NCBI GenBank assembly: GCA_964304625.1
Contig: OZ199839.1
Coordinates: 9,066,528-9,130,527 of the forward strand
Length of the DNA: 64,000 nucleotides
Source of the DNA: Kudoa neothunni
Lineage: Eukaryota; Animalia; Cnidaria
Direction of reading: 5' to 3'
Each line of letters starts with the position of its first letter. The stretch's first letter is position 1. The translations under genes and the position numbers were made by a program. The notes under the pieces are model-generated. The model was not told the DNA's origin. It was given only the letters and a program-made list of their open reading frames with translations, and did no database searches. This document shows, piece by piece, positions 28,488 to 42,316 of the stretch.

Positions 28488-29105
28488 ATGGATATTAAAG
28501 ATGGATCTAAAGCGGTTGAAAATTCCACATCAATTAATATATCGCCTAAAATAGTTTGCGTTGAATTGAAACATGGAAAAAATTTGGTTGATATTGAATC
28601 TCCCTCTCTTGATGAGATAATATTGGTATTAGATGAAAACAACCCAGCTTCGTTACTCAAACTACCTAATTATGGGCCATTTTTCACACAAAAATACATT
28701 CAAATGTTGATGCCAACATCAAATGAAATGAAGACCAGCGAACCGTATTTGGTTTGTTACCAAAGTTATTTGAAAGACTGGTTCCATCATCGGGCCGAAT
28801 TCCCCACTGTTTTCTATTACCACAACAAAGACATAAAATTCAAATGTTTACGTCTTCAATCTAACATATTTTATATTCACACAAATGCTCAAAATGAATT
28901 CGACATTAAAACCCACTTGGAATGCATTCAAGAGATTCACAACTATGTCACAACAAGGACTGGATCTAATGCCATATTTGTGTGTGATCAATATTTGGAA
29001 AAATTGATGAACAGAAATGATTGTATTTTGGAGGTGATACCTCTCTGTCAAAACGGCTCATTTGTATTAATAAAAGCTCAGGAATTTTGTTACAATCTCG
29101 AAGAT

Positions 29106-29137
<32 letters not shown>

Positions 29138-30226
29138 CGATGGTGATTGTTGTCACAGTTGTAATGATGGCAACAATAATGTTTTGGTAAAATTCCAAAA
29201 TAATATTATTGATTTTAATGATTTATCCAACAAACTCACCAGGAGCTTTTTTAAATTCAACAAAAAGATGAGTAACGGTATGTTGTTGTCTTAAACTACG
29301 GCTGGGGCTATTACCGCGGTCCAACCTTGTCTAAATAGCGTGCGCGAATGACCACGCATGTAAATAAAAAATCTGGTAAAACTAAACAATCAGATGATTT
29401 AGATATTTCATTTCCTGATAAAAATAATATTAATTTTTTATGCGAGAATAGCCTTTGCCTTTTTTTTCTCTATTGATTTTGTATGATGAAGGGTTTTTAT
29501 TGCCGAACGAAAACTGTGCTACTAAATGGGAGAATAAAATTGTAGAAATTTATAGAATATTTGATCAGATTGAGTCTAATGACGATAACAATAAACACTT
29601 ATCTAATGTGTGCTTGTGTTTTAATGGCGGAAAAGATTGTACCGTGCTATTGAATTTATGGGCCGCCTATTTAAAATCTAAATACCCGAATGATTGGATG
29701 GATCATCTACAAATATTAATTATTAATGTTGATGATAATTTTGAGGAGGTAATTGATTTTTTCAATTCAGCCGTGGTGGGCTACCAACTCCAAAGTGTTT
29801 TCGAAGTGGATGGAAAGCAGGGCCTGATAAAAGCACTTTTCAATTTCACCAACTGCCAACCTCACATAGACACATTTCTTATGGGCTCTAGGTATGATCC
29901 GATAAACTGTTTATTCTCACCTGTTTTACACTTATAGACGCTCAGATAAACACTGTGCAAATCTTAAAACATTCTCACCCAGCGACAACAACTACCCTAA
30001 ATTAATGCGAGTGAACCCTCTACTCGAATGGTCCTATAATGATATCTGGAACTATCTGCTGGATGCTGATGTGCCTTATTGTAAACTCTACGATAGTGGA
30101 TACACCTCGTTAGGGAAACGTTCCTCAACCTCCCGAAATTTGGACCTTTTCGATACCTCCACCAAGCTATATCTACCAGCGCATAAACTCTCTGACATTT
30201 CACACGAAAGAGCAAATCGAATATAA
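28488..30226 (+). CDS. FLAD1: FAD synthase: C-terminal PAPS-reductase-like domain plus a divergent N-terminal region of about 260 aa; 3 exons
   Basis: LCFNGGKDCTVLL, FLMGSRRSD, MRVNPLLEWSYNDIWNYL..VPYCKLYDSGYTSLG, ERANR. A phase-1 intron (29278-29491) joins ORF 28488 in frame; the second intron is 29892-29937. The N-terminal join is inferred. Confidence 0.85.
29106..29138 (+). repeat. (AAC)n coding microsatellite, poly-Asn
   Basis: Direct reading; NNNNNNNNNNN in the ORF. Confidence 0.95.
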
Positions 30227-30255
30227 ATTAAACTATATTTTGTATTTAATTTAAT

Positions 30256-30967
30256 TTAATTTTTGAATACATCATAATAAATTCCCATTTGTTTGGCTAT
30301 ATCTTCGGCGCGATAGCCTAAACTATTTCTCGCGTCCAAATCAGTTGATGGTTCTTTTAGCAGGATTTTTATTATAGTGTCTTGTTTTCGATTTAATGCA
30401 GCTATGTGTAATGGTGTTAGTTTTGAGTTGGATGAGATTGATGCATCCGCTTCATATTCCAATAAAAGACGAACCATTCCTACTTGTTCTACATTAATTA
30501 GTTATTAAATTGGATTATTATACAATCGGGGAAATTGTGCGAGATTGCATAAGCATTGTGTGCACTCTCGTCAAATTACCCCATTTGCAGGCACAGTGCA
30601 GCGGTGTCCAACCATCTTCTGTGCATGCATTCACATCGGCACCTTGTTGAAGCAACAATTCAGCCACATCAGTATGTCCATTATAGGCTGCTCTATGAAG
30701 CGCACTGTACCCATCCAAATCCTTGGCCACCAACAAATACATCACTAAAGGTGTTTTCAGAAAATGTTTCACTCGATCCAAACGATTAAATTCTGCACTC
30801 TCCAGAAAGCATTCCATATATTCATCTGTTGGTAGTTGATCTATATCCACATTTTTGTATTTTTCGCTTTTCAAATAACTTTCTTGCTCGTATTTTTCGA
30901 AAAGTTCCAAACTTTTACCTTCAGATGACCACATCAAATAATCATTAAATGTTTTATCATCTGTCAT
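30256..30967 (-). CDS. ANKRD49: Ankyrin repeat domain-containing protein 49-like, 2 exons
   Basis: AEFNRL, DLDGYSALHRAAYNGH, DGWTPLHCACKW, LTPLHIAALNR, AEDIAKQMGIYYDVF follow the ANKRD49 pattern. Intron at about 30490-30579. Confidence 0.82.
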
Positions 30968-31768
30968 TGTTCAACACAAAAAAACACGTTCACGAGGGGC
31001 AGATATGGATCTTAAAAAATTATTATGGATGCGCATGCTCACGATATAAGTTAACGATACTGCTACTTCCTTTTCCTTTCAATTAGAACCACACGAACAT
31101 ATTCAGTTGTATTTCCATAAATATAGGAATATTTGGGAATTTTTCCTGAGAAGATAAAAATAATTTAAATCCCTAATATTCTATTAATCCTAGAAAGCAA
31201 AGCTTAGTGGGCTCCTTTTTGGTCGAAAATTTAATTAAATGCTTAGAAAATTGTAGGGATGTTCTATGTAACAAAATTAGTGTTACGTAAATTATATCAT
31301 AAATTTTGTGTAATTATATGCAATTAGTTATATTTATAGGAGTAAACAAAAATTTTTTCATCCTATGTATGTCTTTTATCAGATTTTTCAAAAAGTTACA
31401 AAGACCCAGTGGGCCTTTGTTTAACTATTTTTGATGAGCTTCCTAGGATTAAAAAATGAATATTTCATTCTAATGGCGGTTAAAAATAGATATTGAGCAA
31501 AACATCATGACTAACGATGCATGGGTCATGGGTCTACAGAGGGTGGAGCAGCCTCAAATCGATAAATTTTCACAATGTGTTCGTCTTGTTGAATAATTAC
31601 GCTAAAAAATTTAGTGTCTAAAACGTGAAATTTAGTCCACCTTTTATTTTCAAATTTCAAAGTTGAAAATTGAAAAGTTTCGTGATAAGTGATATTCAGT
31701 TGTCATTAGATTTCGGTTTAGTTAATTATTTCAGATGTTATGATCAAAACGCCGCTGGGTCGGAAATA

Positions 31769-34118
31769 CAGTGAACCTCGATTATCCGGTAGATTGAGGA
31801 ACAGCGATTTTCTCTCCGGTTACAATATGCAACCGATATTACGCACTTTCATCGATACAACGTAGTCAAAGTTTATATTGAATGAAATATTTTATAATAA
31901 TTTTAAATCAAACTAGGAAATTTCCAATCTGTTGTGTCACGTGATTAACCGATAATACGCATTTTTTCGACCAAACCACGTAGTTTAAAATGTTTTTATT
32001 GGAAACGAGGGAAAAATTTTAATTCTAACAGTTGAATTCTTGAACAAAATGAAAATATAATAAATTTTATTTCAAGACAATATTAGTTGCTAATTAAAGA
32101 ATGTTATAGATGCACATAAATAAATATTTTAGGATAAGAATATAACAAAATTTCACGTAGCGCTAAAAAGCAAATAAGACACAAAATAATATTTATAATG
32201 TTTTTTGTTATTATAACTAAATAAAAGGTGTAATATTTAAGCTAAATAATAAAGAAAACGCAAAATAAAATTACGCGAGCGCATTTTTGAATTTTCCACC
32301 TGAATAGTTGTTTGCTTGATTTATAAACAGTTTTAATTATTTATTAAGTAAAATATTTCAAAATTAACAAGTTAAGTTAGGTTAAATTAAATTAAATTAA
32401 ATATATTGGCATATCTATTAACTAAGAATATGGAGACTTACTAAGAGAAAAAATATTATTTAATTCTGGGGAAAAACACGTCTACAGAGGAGTAATCTAG
32501 TTGTTAAAAAGTAAAATACACTTGATCACAATTATTTGTAGAAGCGTTTTGAGGGTTAATATAACATAATGTTAAGTCATCAGAAAATGTAAATATGAAG
32601 TTTAAATGTTTATGGAAAAATTACACATCGTAAATTCATCTATTCAAAAATATAACATTTTATTCAAGGATATGACGTTTCGATAGCTTAACCTTAAAAT
32701 TCTTGATGCTACCCGTTTCTAAACAAGGTCTTCCTACATATTCTTCAATGAACCATGATTACTAGATATATTTAGCGTTGAAATGTTATTTATAATGTTA
32801 AATTTAATGGTATATTTACTTAGAGTAAAATTATAAAGTACACGATGCTAATCTACCGGACCAATAAACATTGCCAATAGGCCATTAACCTTCGAAGGAC
32901 CGACCGATTTAAAAAAAATAACGCAAGGAACCAAACCAACAAGGGTCATTTTTGACCCCAGGACTTTTTCATTTTTTTAAACAGCTATATTCCTTTAGTC
33001 CGTCTAGCTGTTGGTTGTTATACTTATTGTATTTATTTAATACAAATTAGATGATGGGATTTCTACCACTGTCAAGTTACCATTAAATGCTTACATCGCT
33101 CCATAAACCATTATCCATGTTATTTGTATATTAATGGATATAATGTCTAAAATAGATAGATATCACTATTTTATAACATTTTCAAGGAGATAAAGATAAC
33201 AACAGAACATCTAATAGAGTTTTAATGTAAACTTTGGGCACGAGACCCCAAGCATTCGATGATTACAATCCCTGTCGCGGCTCAATAATACGTGTATGCA
33301 ACTGTAGATTATAATTTTATCTTTGATTATTAAACAGGGGATGCCTTTCCCAACTAACTTTAATAATTCAGATGTATAGACTATAAAACATATTTTTAGT
33401 TAAAAATAAATATATTTTAGAGCTAATGACGGATGTTTTTGATTCAACGCAAAAATTCGATGTATGCCGTCCTTCATTACATTGTTTGTTGAAATCTCTT
33501 CTAAAGGATAATCTCTGGATAATCACCATATACGAGCCAAGTCCATCAGCGCGAAACCAAAAAATGTGTTTATTACGCTTCTAATAATGCTCTAATACTT
33601 TTCAACAAAAATTAATGTCATTAACTTCTTTACAATATTTAATATGTTGAAATCAATTGGTATCAACTACATTTAAATAAAGAAGCGAGCATATCGCTTA
33701 TTAAAAGTAAAATATTTAAGTCAGGAAATACAATTTTTTTGTTTCGTAACTTTATAATTCTCAATCACAGACTATAATTAAGAAATTCAGAATTTTCGAG
33801 ACCTCTCATTTAGTTCAATATGCGAAAAAGTCAATCTATTGAAATTGGGGTCACAAATGACCCCAATTGGTTCCATGAGGGTTAATGTTTGTTTAATGTA
33901 CATACAGGTATATGTTCAGATATAGCACAAATTTACGAAAGAATTGAATGGTTAACTTTAGTTTAAAAATAAAAATTTATGAATAACCAACCTAGAAATA
34001 TTTTTGCTTTAACATTGCATTGGTATATTCGCTACATTGAATAAGTCATGCGGATGGTGCCTTTATCCGGAATTATGATATGGTTAAATAGTTGTTCCGG
34101 ATAATCTAAGTTCGACTT
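31769..34118. mobile_element. Old non-autonomous pogo/Tc1-like element
   Basis: TA-cagtgaacctcgattatccgg at the left end; imperfect inverse ccggataatctaagttcgactt-TA at the right end. Confidence 0.6.
32885..33885. mobile_element. piggyBac-like non-autonomous element nested in the pogo-like element
   Basis: TTAA at both ends (ttaa-cc...gaggg-ttaa). Subterminal palindromes gggtcatttttgaccc and ggggtcacaaatgacccc. Confidence 0.68.
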
Positions 34119-35370
34119 TAATTAAATATAAGAGATTCTAAAAAATTCAATCTACATAAAGCTAGCGGGTAATAATTACTGGGATTAAAATGTACCCTAC
34201 CAGTAACCTCTACCATTTGGCAAACTACTTAACGAAACCGGACATTTGATAGAAATTTTACTGATCCACACGTTACAAAAAGGTTAATGGGATGGTGTCA
34301 CTTTTTATGTTGTGGAATTAATTAATCATCTCCCAATGTTGTGCTAGAAATAAATATTCTTTCAGTAGCGTAGAAGAGAAATCAAGATTCTTGGAACACC
34401 ATCGAATTAATATATACATATTAAAGATTACCAATTAATCCTCGAAAATAATGTAAAGCATGTTTCATTACAGTATAAAAAAATAATGATCACATTTAAG
34501 TAGAAAATTTATTTATATTTTTTACTCAAGATAAATTAGGCCAGCTGATCATTCTAGTAACGGTTTATTACATCAAACTCTAATAGTTCCAAACAAATAA
34601 CAAATTAATTTGTACTATAATCTTATTGATGCACTTATAATCGAGTTTCATAGCACGTAAATGTACACAAAATAGGATAAATAAACAGAAGAATCTACAA
34701 AAATTTTATAAAATCAATGTCGATTTATTAAGCTAGTAAGTAATTAGATTACTGTAGGTCATATTGACCTATTTAACGATTTCAAAAAAGAAATGAGCAT
34801 GGCAGTTGAAGTGTAGATTAATGCTTTGAGCTTTAAAGAATTTATACATCATTGATCGATAAAGTCTATAATTCTACTCATAAATTTCGCATATGAATAT
34901 TAATTATATTGAAGCTCCAAAATTTGATGTTCGCTTTTAATTTTTTTTTATTTATAATTATTAAACATAAGATTAGTTCAAGAATCACATCACAGCCGAA
35001 AATAAAAACAGTTTATATTGTTCGCTCAATCTAGAAACTCGTATTTTGAGTCTATTTCAATTTTGATGATAATAAAGATTTTCTGAAAAGTTGATTTCTG
35101 TTATTTAAAATTTCCGTGAATCTTTGATGTTGACCGACATTTAAGACTACAAATTAACAAATCATGAATTATTTTAATTTTACTTTGAAAAAACTTCATA
35201 AAAAATCCCAGAAACTCATTATTTTTTCAAAATCCTTAAGTACTTCTCTATAATAGCGAATCAAAAATAATTAAATACGAATTTTGACTCTTAGGTTCAC
35301 CTGCGCCAATCCAAGTGGGATTATTTTCGAAAATCCTCGTTTATCCGCTTAACTGAACAACTGACTTCAC

Positions 35371-37954
35371 ATGCTTTTCGCGTTAAACTCAATTAAAAAA
35401 TGCTTCAATTCAGTAATTTGTTTGATTATATCCTCTCTATTTATTAATGTCGATATAGGTTGTTTTTGCACAAAGATCTCTCTCAAATGTTATCTCTCTT
35501 ATTGTTTTTGGAGTGATCCTATTGTTTTTTGTAGAAGCAATATAAAGTCATCGATCATCAGTATGATTGCGTGGTGGTAGGGGCAGGCGGTGCCGGCCTT
35601 CGAACAGCCTTTGGTTTGTCAGATAAAGGCTACAAGACAGCCGTGGTCACCAAACTCTTCCCCACTAGATCTCATACCGTAGCTGCTCAAGGTGGCATCA
35701 ATGCCGCTCTTGGAAATGTGGAAAAAGATACTTGGTTGTATCATGTGTAATTCACCATTCGTACTCTTTTAATTTTTTCCGAATTCAACCACCACCCCCC
35801 ATTAGATACGATACTGTGAAAGGTAGCGATTGGTTGGGCGATCAAGATGCTATTCATTATATGTGCAAAAATGCACCAGAATGCATTATTGAAGTAAGTA
35901 TTCACATCAGTATTATAGTTAGAATCTAGATTGATTGATTGATTGATTGATTCGCCAAACTATCTACTCCACAATTATTCTACAAAATCAAATCGATATA
36001 ACAAACTATTCTAGTTGGAAAATTACGGAATGCCCTTCAGTAGAAATAAAGATGGTTCGATTTATCAACGAGCTTTCGGCGGCCAATCGCTCAACTATGG
36101 TAAAGGGGGACAAGCTCATCGAAGTTGTGCTGTTGCTGATCGAACCGGGCATTCTCTACTTCACACTCTTTACGGAGAAGTGAGCACCTAATTTGTTTCA
36201 ATTGTTTGACAATAATTTAGTCATTGAGATACAACTGCAATTATTTCGTCGAATACTTTGCCCTCGACCTCATTATGAACGGAGACGCTTGTGTTGGTGT
36301 GTTGGCCTTCTGTATGGAAGATGGCACTTTCCACAGATTCAACGCCAATCATACGATTCTGTCTACTGGGTAGATTTCTGGATTTTGTTGGTAATTCTGG
36401 TTAGATAACCTCTTTGTTGTTGTAGTGGCGGCGGTCGTAGTTTCCTTTCGTGCACCTCTGCTCACACTTGCACCGGTGATGGAGTAGCCATGGCAACCAG
36501 ACAAGGTCTCCAAAATCAAGACATGGAGTTTGTGCAATTCCATCCAACAGGTGATTTTGTCCTCAACAAATAATGTTGTTGTTGACCGTTAATTGTTAGG
36601 CGTGTACGGCGTTGGTTGTTTGATAACCGAAGGAAGCAGAGGAGAAGGTGGATATTTGGTGAACAGTTTGGGAGAACGTTTCATGGAGAAATATGCACCA
36701 AAAGCGAAAGATTTAGCATCCAGAGACGTTGTATCAAGATCAATGATGACGGAAATTCGCGAAGGAAGGTGATAAGAATTTTTACAAATTAAAACGTTAC
36801 TCGTATATAAATATTGACTTTTAATGAGTAGGGGTGTGGGCCCAGAGAAAGATCATATCTATCTTAAGTTGTACCATCTCCCTGAGAAAACCATTCGTGA
36901 ATGCCTTCCAGGTATCGCTGAAACCGCCCACATATTCGCTGGTGTGGACATAACCAAGGAATGCATCCCAGTGCTTCCAACCGTTCACTATAATATGGGT
37001 GGAATAACTTGTAATTATAAGACTCAGGTAATTCATCCACTCGTTGCTAATAACTGTATTCACTTGTCTAGGTGATATCATATGATGGTCAAAGCGACAA
37101 AGTAGTGCCCGGTTTGTTCGCTTGTGGAGAAACAGCATGTTTCAGTGTGCATGGTGCAAATAGATTGGGAGCAAATTCGTTGTTGGATCTGGTTGTTTTT
37201 GGAAGAGCTTGTGCCAACGCAATTTCTGAATTGACTAAGCCAGGCGATCCAATTGCTCCTTTGCCGAAAGTAAATTCGTGAGGTAGAATTGATGACGTTG
37301 AGTAGTCTATTTTTAGAATGCAGGCGAAGATATCATTGCAAGATTCGACAAGCTACGCTACAAACAAGGTTCGGTTGACGCAGCCACTCTTAGAACCAAA
37401 TTACAAAAAATCATGCACGAACATGCTGCTGTATTCCGAACTGGAGCATTACTTCGAGAAGGTTGCGAAAATCTTAAACAACTATGGAAGGATAAACAAG
37501 AACTTGAAGTGAGAATATGGGGATAATTGAAGGGGATCGGTTGTTCAATTTTTTGTGTTTAGGTGAGGGACAAAAGTCTCATCTACAATACTGATCTCAT
37601 TGAAACATGGGAGTTTGAAAATCTCATGTTGTATGCATTACAAATCGCCTTCGCTGCCAACAATCGAACTGAAAGTAGAGGCGCACATTATAGAGATGAT
37701 TGCAAAAAGAGAATCGATGAATATGACTACAGCAAACCTATTGAAGGACAACAAAAACTGCCATTCGAAAAGCATTGGAGAAAACACACTCTCACAACTG
37801 TTAACACTGAAACTGGGGAAGTATCTACTCGTATGAGCTTATTGTTTCTATCTAAGATATTGTCTAGGTTGATATCACTTTCAGGCCTGTCAATGATGAA
37901 ACTCTTAATGCCAAAGAGTGCCCCACAATTCCACCTGCTGTGCGAACCTACTAA
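35371..37954 (+). CDS. SDHA: Succinate dehydrogenase flavoprotein subunit, mitochondrial; 13 exons, intact
   Basis: [85 protein letters not shown]. All 12 introns splice in frame. Confidence 0.98.
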
Positions 37955-40366
37955 TGAACACCATATGGAATTTCATTTTTTTTCAAATAAAACCTGCTAC
38001 TTTGCTTTGCGGTTTATATTGTGATTTTATGAATTTAATTAAGATTTTTTGTTCGATTTTTTTAATTATTAAGTTTATCGTTCATGTTTAAGTTTAAGTT
38101 TAAATTAGAGATTTTAGTCATTTTTTAAGACATTATAAGATTTTGAAAATAAAATCTTATAAGCAAAAATGTTAAATAATATAAAATAAACTATTATATC
38201 ATAATTTAATCCTAACATTGCTTTGAATTTTTGAACTTGTAATAATAAAATCTGCGAAATTAAATATTATACAGTGAAATATGAGTTGGATTTTAATTTA
38301 AAAAGTTTGTTTGAATCTTATCTTAGATTGAAATGATCTAATATATGTACTGCTTAAATATTTCGTTCAATATACATTGATATATGGGATTTTTGTAAAT
38401 AAGGTTTTTTCGATACTTGATCGTATAACAATAGTAAAATAATACTTTTTGACAGTGGTTATTGTCATGGAAAATTTTAATTTTGAATCAATGTTTCCCA
38501 AACTCTTTTCTTCCACACCCAATTCCAATTTTTTCTTGAAAATAAATTCCGTGCATCACCATTTTTGAAAATACTGATTTTTTAACTTAAACTGCTTGTA
38601 ACTAGGGGTCGTAGTTGTCGATTAAAATCGATTTTAATTGTCGAATTTTTAAAAAAGTTTTGTTGTTTGTTATCCAAATAACTTGAAGGGGGTAGAAACA
38701 GTAACTGGAGAGAAAATGATATTTTTTGTTGAACGGATCGACATAGAGAAGATGGAAAATGAATTATCCTGTAAATAATGCAACGTGAAATTACCTCTAC
38801 AACAAAGTAGAATTTACAAGCAAATGAACTCAATGAAACATCGTTAAACAGCGATTCAAGACATTTTTCCGCCGGTCATTTTTGTAGAGACAGAAAAAAT
38901 GGCAAAATTGTGAAAATTTTAGTTCCTGTTATTGTTCTGGACGTTCTTCTGCTATCACTGTTTGATAAAAAAGTTTTTTGTGAGAAGCTTGTTCCAGATT
39001 TTTTTAGAAAAATGTTTATGCACAAACGCACGTACACTACTAGTCAACCAGAATAAACGTAGAATTTTTTAAAAATAAACGTCGAAAATTATTTATTACT
39101 TAGAATCGAGCTTCATATCATATTAAACGTGAATAGTGATAGATATATACCTCTTGCTCATTAAAGTTAAAGTTTACTCGATCAGATCTAATTTAGTTTA
39201 TCGATTGGTCTTAAAAATAAACATCTTTAATTTTTTACATAGTTAAAAACAGTGTTAAATGGAACTCGTGGTAATCCAACCTGCCCTAGGAAAAACTTTC
39301 GTATATACTAGGCTTATAAACCGAAAATAAATAATGCAGATAGAAAATTAATCAATATTATATTTGGTTAAATCAAAAACAGAGGAGATCACGATTATAA
39401 ATGTGTCAAGATTGGAATTAGATCCATTCCGATTATATTGGGGTAAAGAATGTATTAAATGTTATTATATATTTTTATACAATTAGTCGTTGCTTCAAAT
39501 ATTATGTTATGACATTCACAGTCGTTTAACAATGAACGAGATCAGGAATCGAGGCATTAATTTCAAAATGCGTCACACACTGCCAAATTATCTCACCATT
39601 ATTCGTGTAACATCAATGCTCAGGATTTTTCACGCCCCATCCCACCTTACTAAAGCCGTTCATTAAAAGTTCAAAAATTTCTCTGCTCCGCCCAAATTTT
39701 TCAAGCTCCACGTTGGTGAGTCACCGTTCTAAATGATATGTACTTTTGCTCAATGGATATTTATAATCAAAGTAAGTCTTACTCACAAATTTTAGATTAA
39801 ATTTTTTAGAATATGGTATACATAATTATTTTCGACTCTTAAGAGTGAGGTGGTGAACAAGAAATAATTAAATTAAGTCCAAACTAATAATACCAGAGTA
39901 TTATTTACCGTGCAAATAGTCTCTGGCTATTGCAAAGAAGAATGAATACTATAAAAATCAATTAAAAAAAGTCAAAAGTGTAAGTATGAGTTATTAATTG
40001 ATGAGATAACCACAATTTTGTGATACACGCGCACGCAAACATACAAATTTAGTTTAGGATGGACGCATATTTTCTGTCATATTAGACAAAAAAGATGTTA
40101 TTCAGCAAAAATTAAACTTATTTAAGCTAAAATAAATATTACAACTAATATAAAAACATTTATTGACTTTAAAGGTTAAATATGACGACAAGTTACTGAT
40201 GGACTAGATCCAACAAATAAATCGGTCTTATAGTGTATTTTTGAAATTACTCTAAAAGAATTTTTATAATTAAAAATTGAAGTAAAAAGAAAAAGTTTCG
40301 TTTATGAGGTATGCACTCTGACCTTTCCTATTTGATTACAATATAATCACTTAAAAGTTAATTATA

Positions 40367-40369
<3 letters not shown>

Positions 40370-40403
<34 letters not shown>
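40370..40403. repeat. (TA)n microsatellite
   Basis: Direct reading. Confidence 0.95.
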
Positions 40404-40406
<3 letters not shown>

Positions 40407-40685
40407 TGAATACAATGAATAATTTAGGTTTGATTGCAACAAAGATTAAATCCGGAATTTGACATAAAACCCAAAGGAGATGTTAAGTTTCTTGTGGATC
40501 ATTAAAAATGGTATTGGCATTGTTAACGCATAAAATATTTAAGAGAAAATTTTCGAAATTTCATCCAAATCGAATACAACAAATTTTCAGTTATTCTACT
40601 CTTCGAAATATCGAAAAAACAATCTACCACACAATCGATAACAATCGTTCGACATCGTGTCACGCGTTCGACTGTACGATTGAAG

Positions 40686-41580
40686 ATGACAGCGTATTTA
40701 TTGTTGGGTGATTTTAGTGGGTTGACTTTGTTTTAGTGGTGTTAAAAGTTCAATTGCATTGCCACAAGTTCCAGTAACGGTTCTTAAACGCAGACGAAGA
40801 TTGGATGCCTTGAGAAAACACCGTGAGGCTGTGCATCAGCACGATAAGAAAGTCACACATATTTTATCTGTTGGCATATTAATAACCTTTCATTAGGTGG
40901 GCAAACAAAGAAGAATTGCTGCTTTCCAACGCGCCGAAAAGTATGCCAGCTCATACAGAAGAGCTGAGCAAGAGGAACGTCGTCTTGCCAAGGTGGCCAA
41001 GAAGCTTGGTAAAATCTACGTCCCTGCTGAGCCTAAATTGGCGTTGGTAGTTCGTATTAGAGGGTAGGCTGAATTGCACAATTACAATGACGATCAAAAC
41101 GTTTGTTTGACTGCGTTTTGTAGTGTACCAAAAGTTGCCCCACGAGTGAGAAAAACGCTTCAACTCCTTCGCCTGTGTCAAATCAATAACGCTGTTTTTG
41201 TTAAATTGAACAAGGCCACCATCCAAATGTTACGTGTTGTCGAACCTTACATTGCTTGGGGATATCCCAACCTAAAAACTGTCCGTCATTTGATCTACAA
41301 ACGTGGATACGCTAAAATGGACTTCAAACGAACTCCACTCACCGACAACAAGCTTATCGAAAAGGCTCTCGGTAAACGAAATATCATATGTATGGAGGAC
41401 ATTATCCATGAGATCTACAATGTGGGAACCAACTTCAAGAGTGTTAACAACTTTTTGTGGCCTTTCAAGTTGAACAGCCCTTCGGGAGGTTTCAACAAGA
41501 AGAGAATTCATTATGCTAAGGGAGGTGACTATGGTAACCGCGAAAAATATATCAACCAGCTTGTCCAGCGCATGATTTAG
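40686..41580 (+). CDS. RPL7: 60S ribosomal protein L7 (uL30), 4 exons
   Basis: [74 protein letters not shown]. Confidence 0.98.
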
Positions 41581-42316
41581 TAACAAACAACTAGCTATAA
41601 ATGTGTTCTTGGTAGATTGGTGTTGAATGGTTTTTTTGCGCATGGTCATTCTTTCTAAAATTTCCTTTGATGCATGATATGTGTTTATTTATTTTTGAAT
41701 TATTTCTCATGAGATATTACAATTATGCAAAGTTTGAGTGATGTCAGATGATTGGAGTGCGTAGATTCTACTTGAAAATTTCCATCTGTTCTTTCTTGAA
41801 TGATTTCTCGCTTAATTACTAATAGCTTCAAAAAATTGATAATATGAGGCATTTGATTTTGATGATTCATTATAAGTAAATGTGTGTAAAATATTCGACA
41901 TTATATAAACTAATATCTGGATGTGGATCACAATTATGGAATTATGGTGGTGGTATGCTTATACTGGGCAGCATTTAAATTCGCTACAGCCTGAGTGTAA
42001 AAAATCCATTAAGCTATATTTTTTTATCAATAAAGAATAATTAATCACAAGATTATATTGTAAAAAATATGCCAATAGAGAATAACTATTTTTCTGCGCC
42101 CTCATCCATCTAATAACAAACACCATCATCTTCATCTCTAGTTGTACTAAATTTTCAATATTAATGAATTAACATAACATATTTGATAAAATTCTGAGTT
42201 TCGAACGAGCAAACAATAAATACACATTATAAAATGATCGTTAAGTTAGTTGGTGAAATATTGTTCAGTATTTATGAATTTCCGCATAAAAAACGACATT
42301 AGCTGAAATAAAAACA

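Noticed and set aside
35371-38024. SDHA appearing fragmented (pseudogene or alternative genetic code) in the ORF track
   Set aside because: All breaks are explained by in-phase GT-AG introns under the standard code.
40951-41649. Antisense ORFs over RPL7, and similar ones over SDHA, ANKRD49 and POLRMT
   Set aside because: Shadow frames of real coding exons with no independent support.
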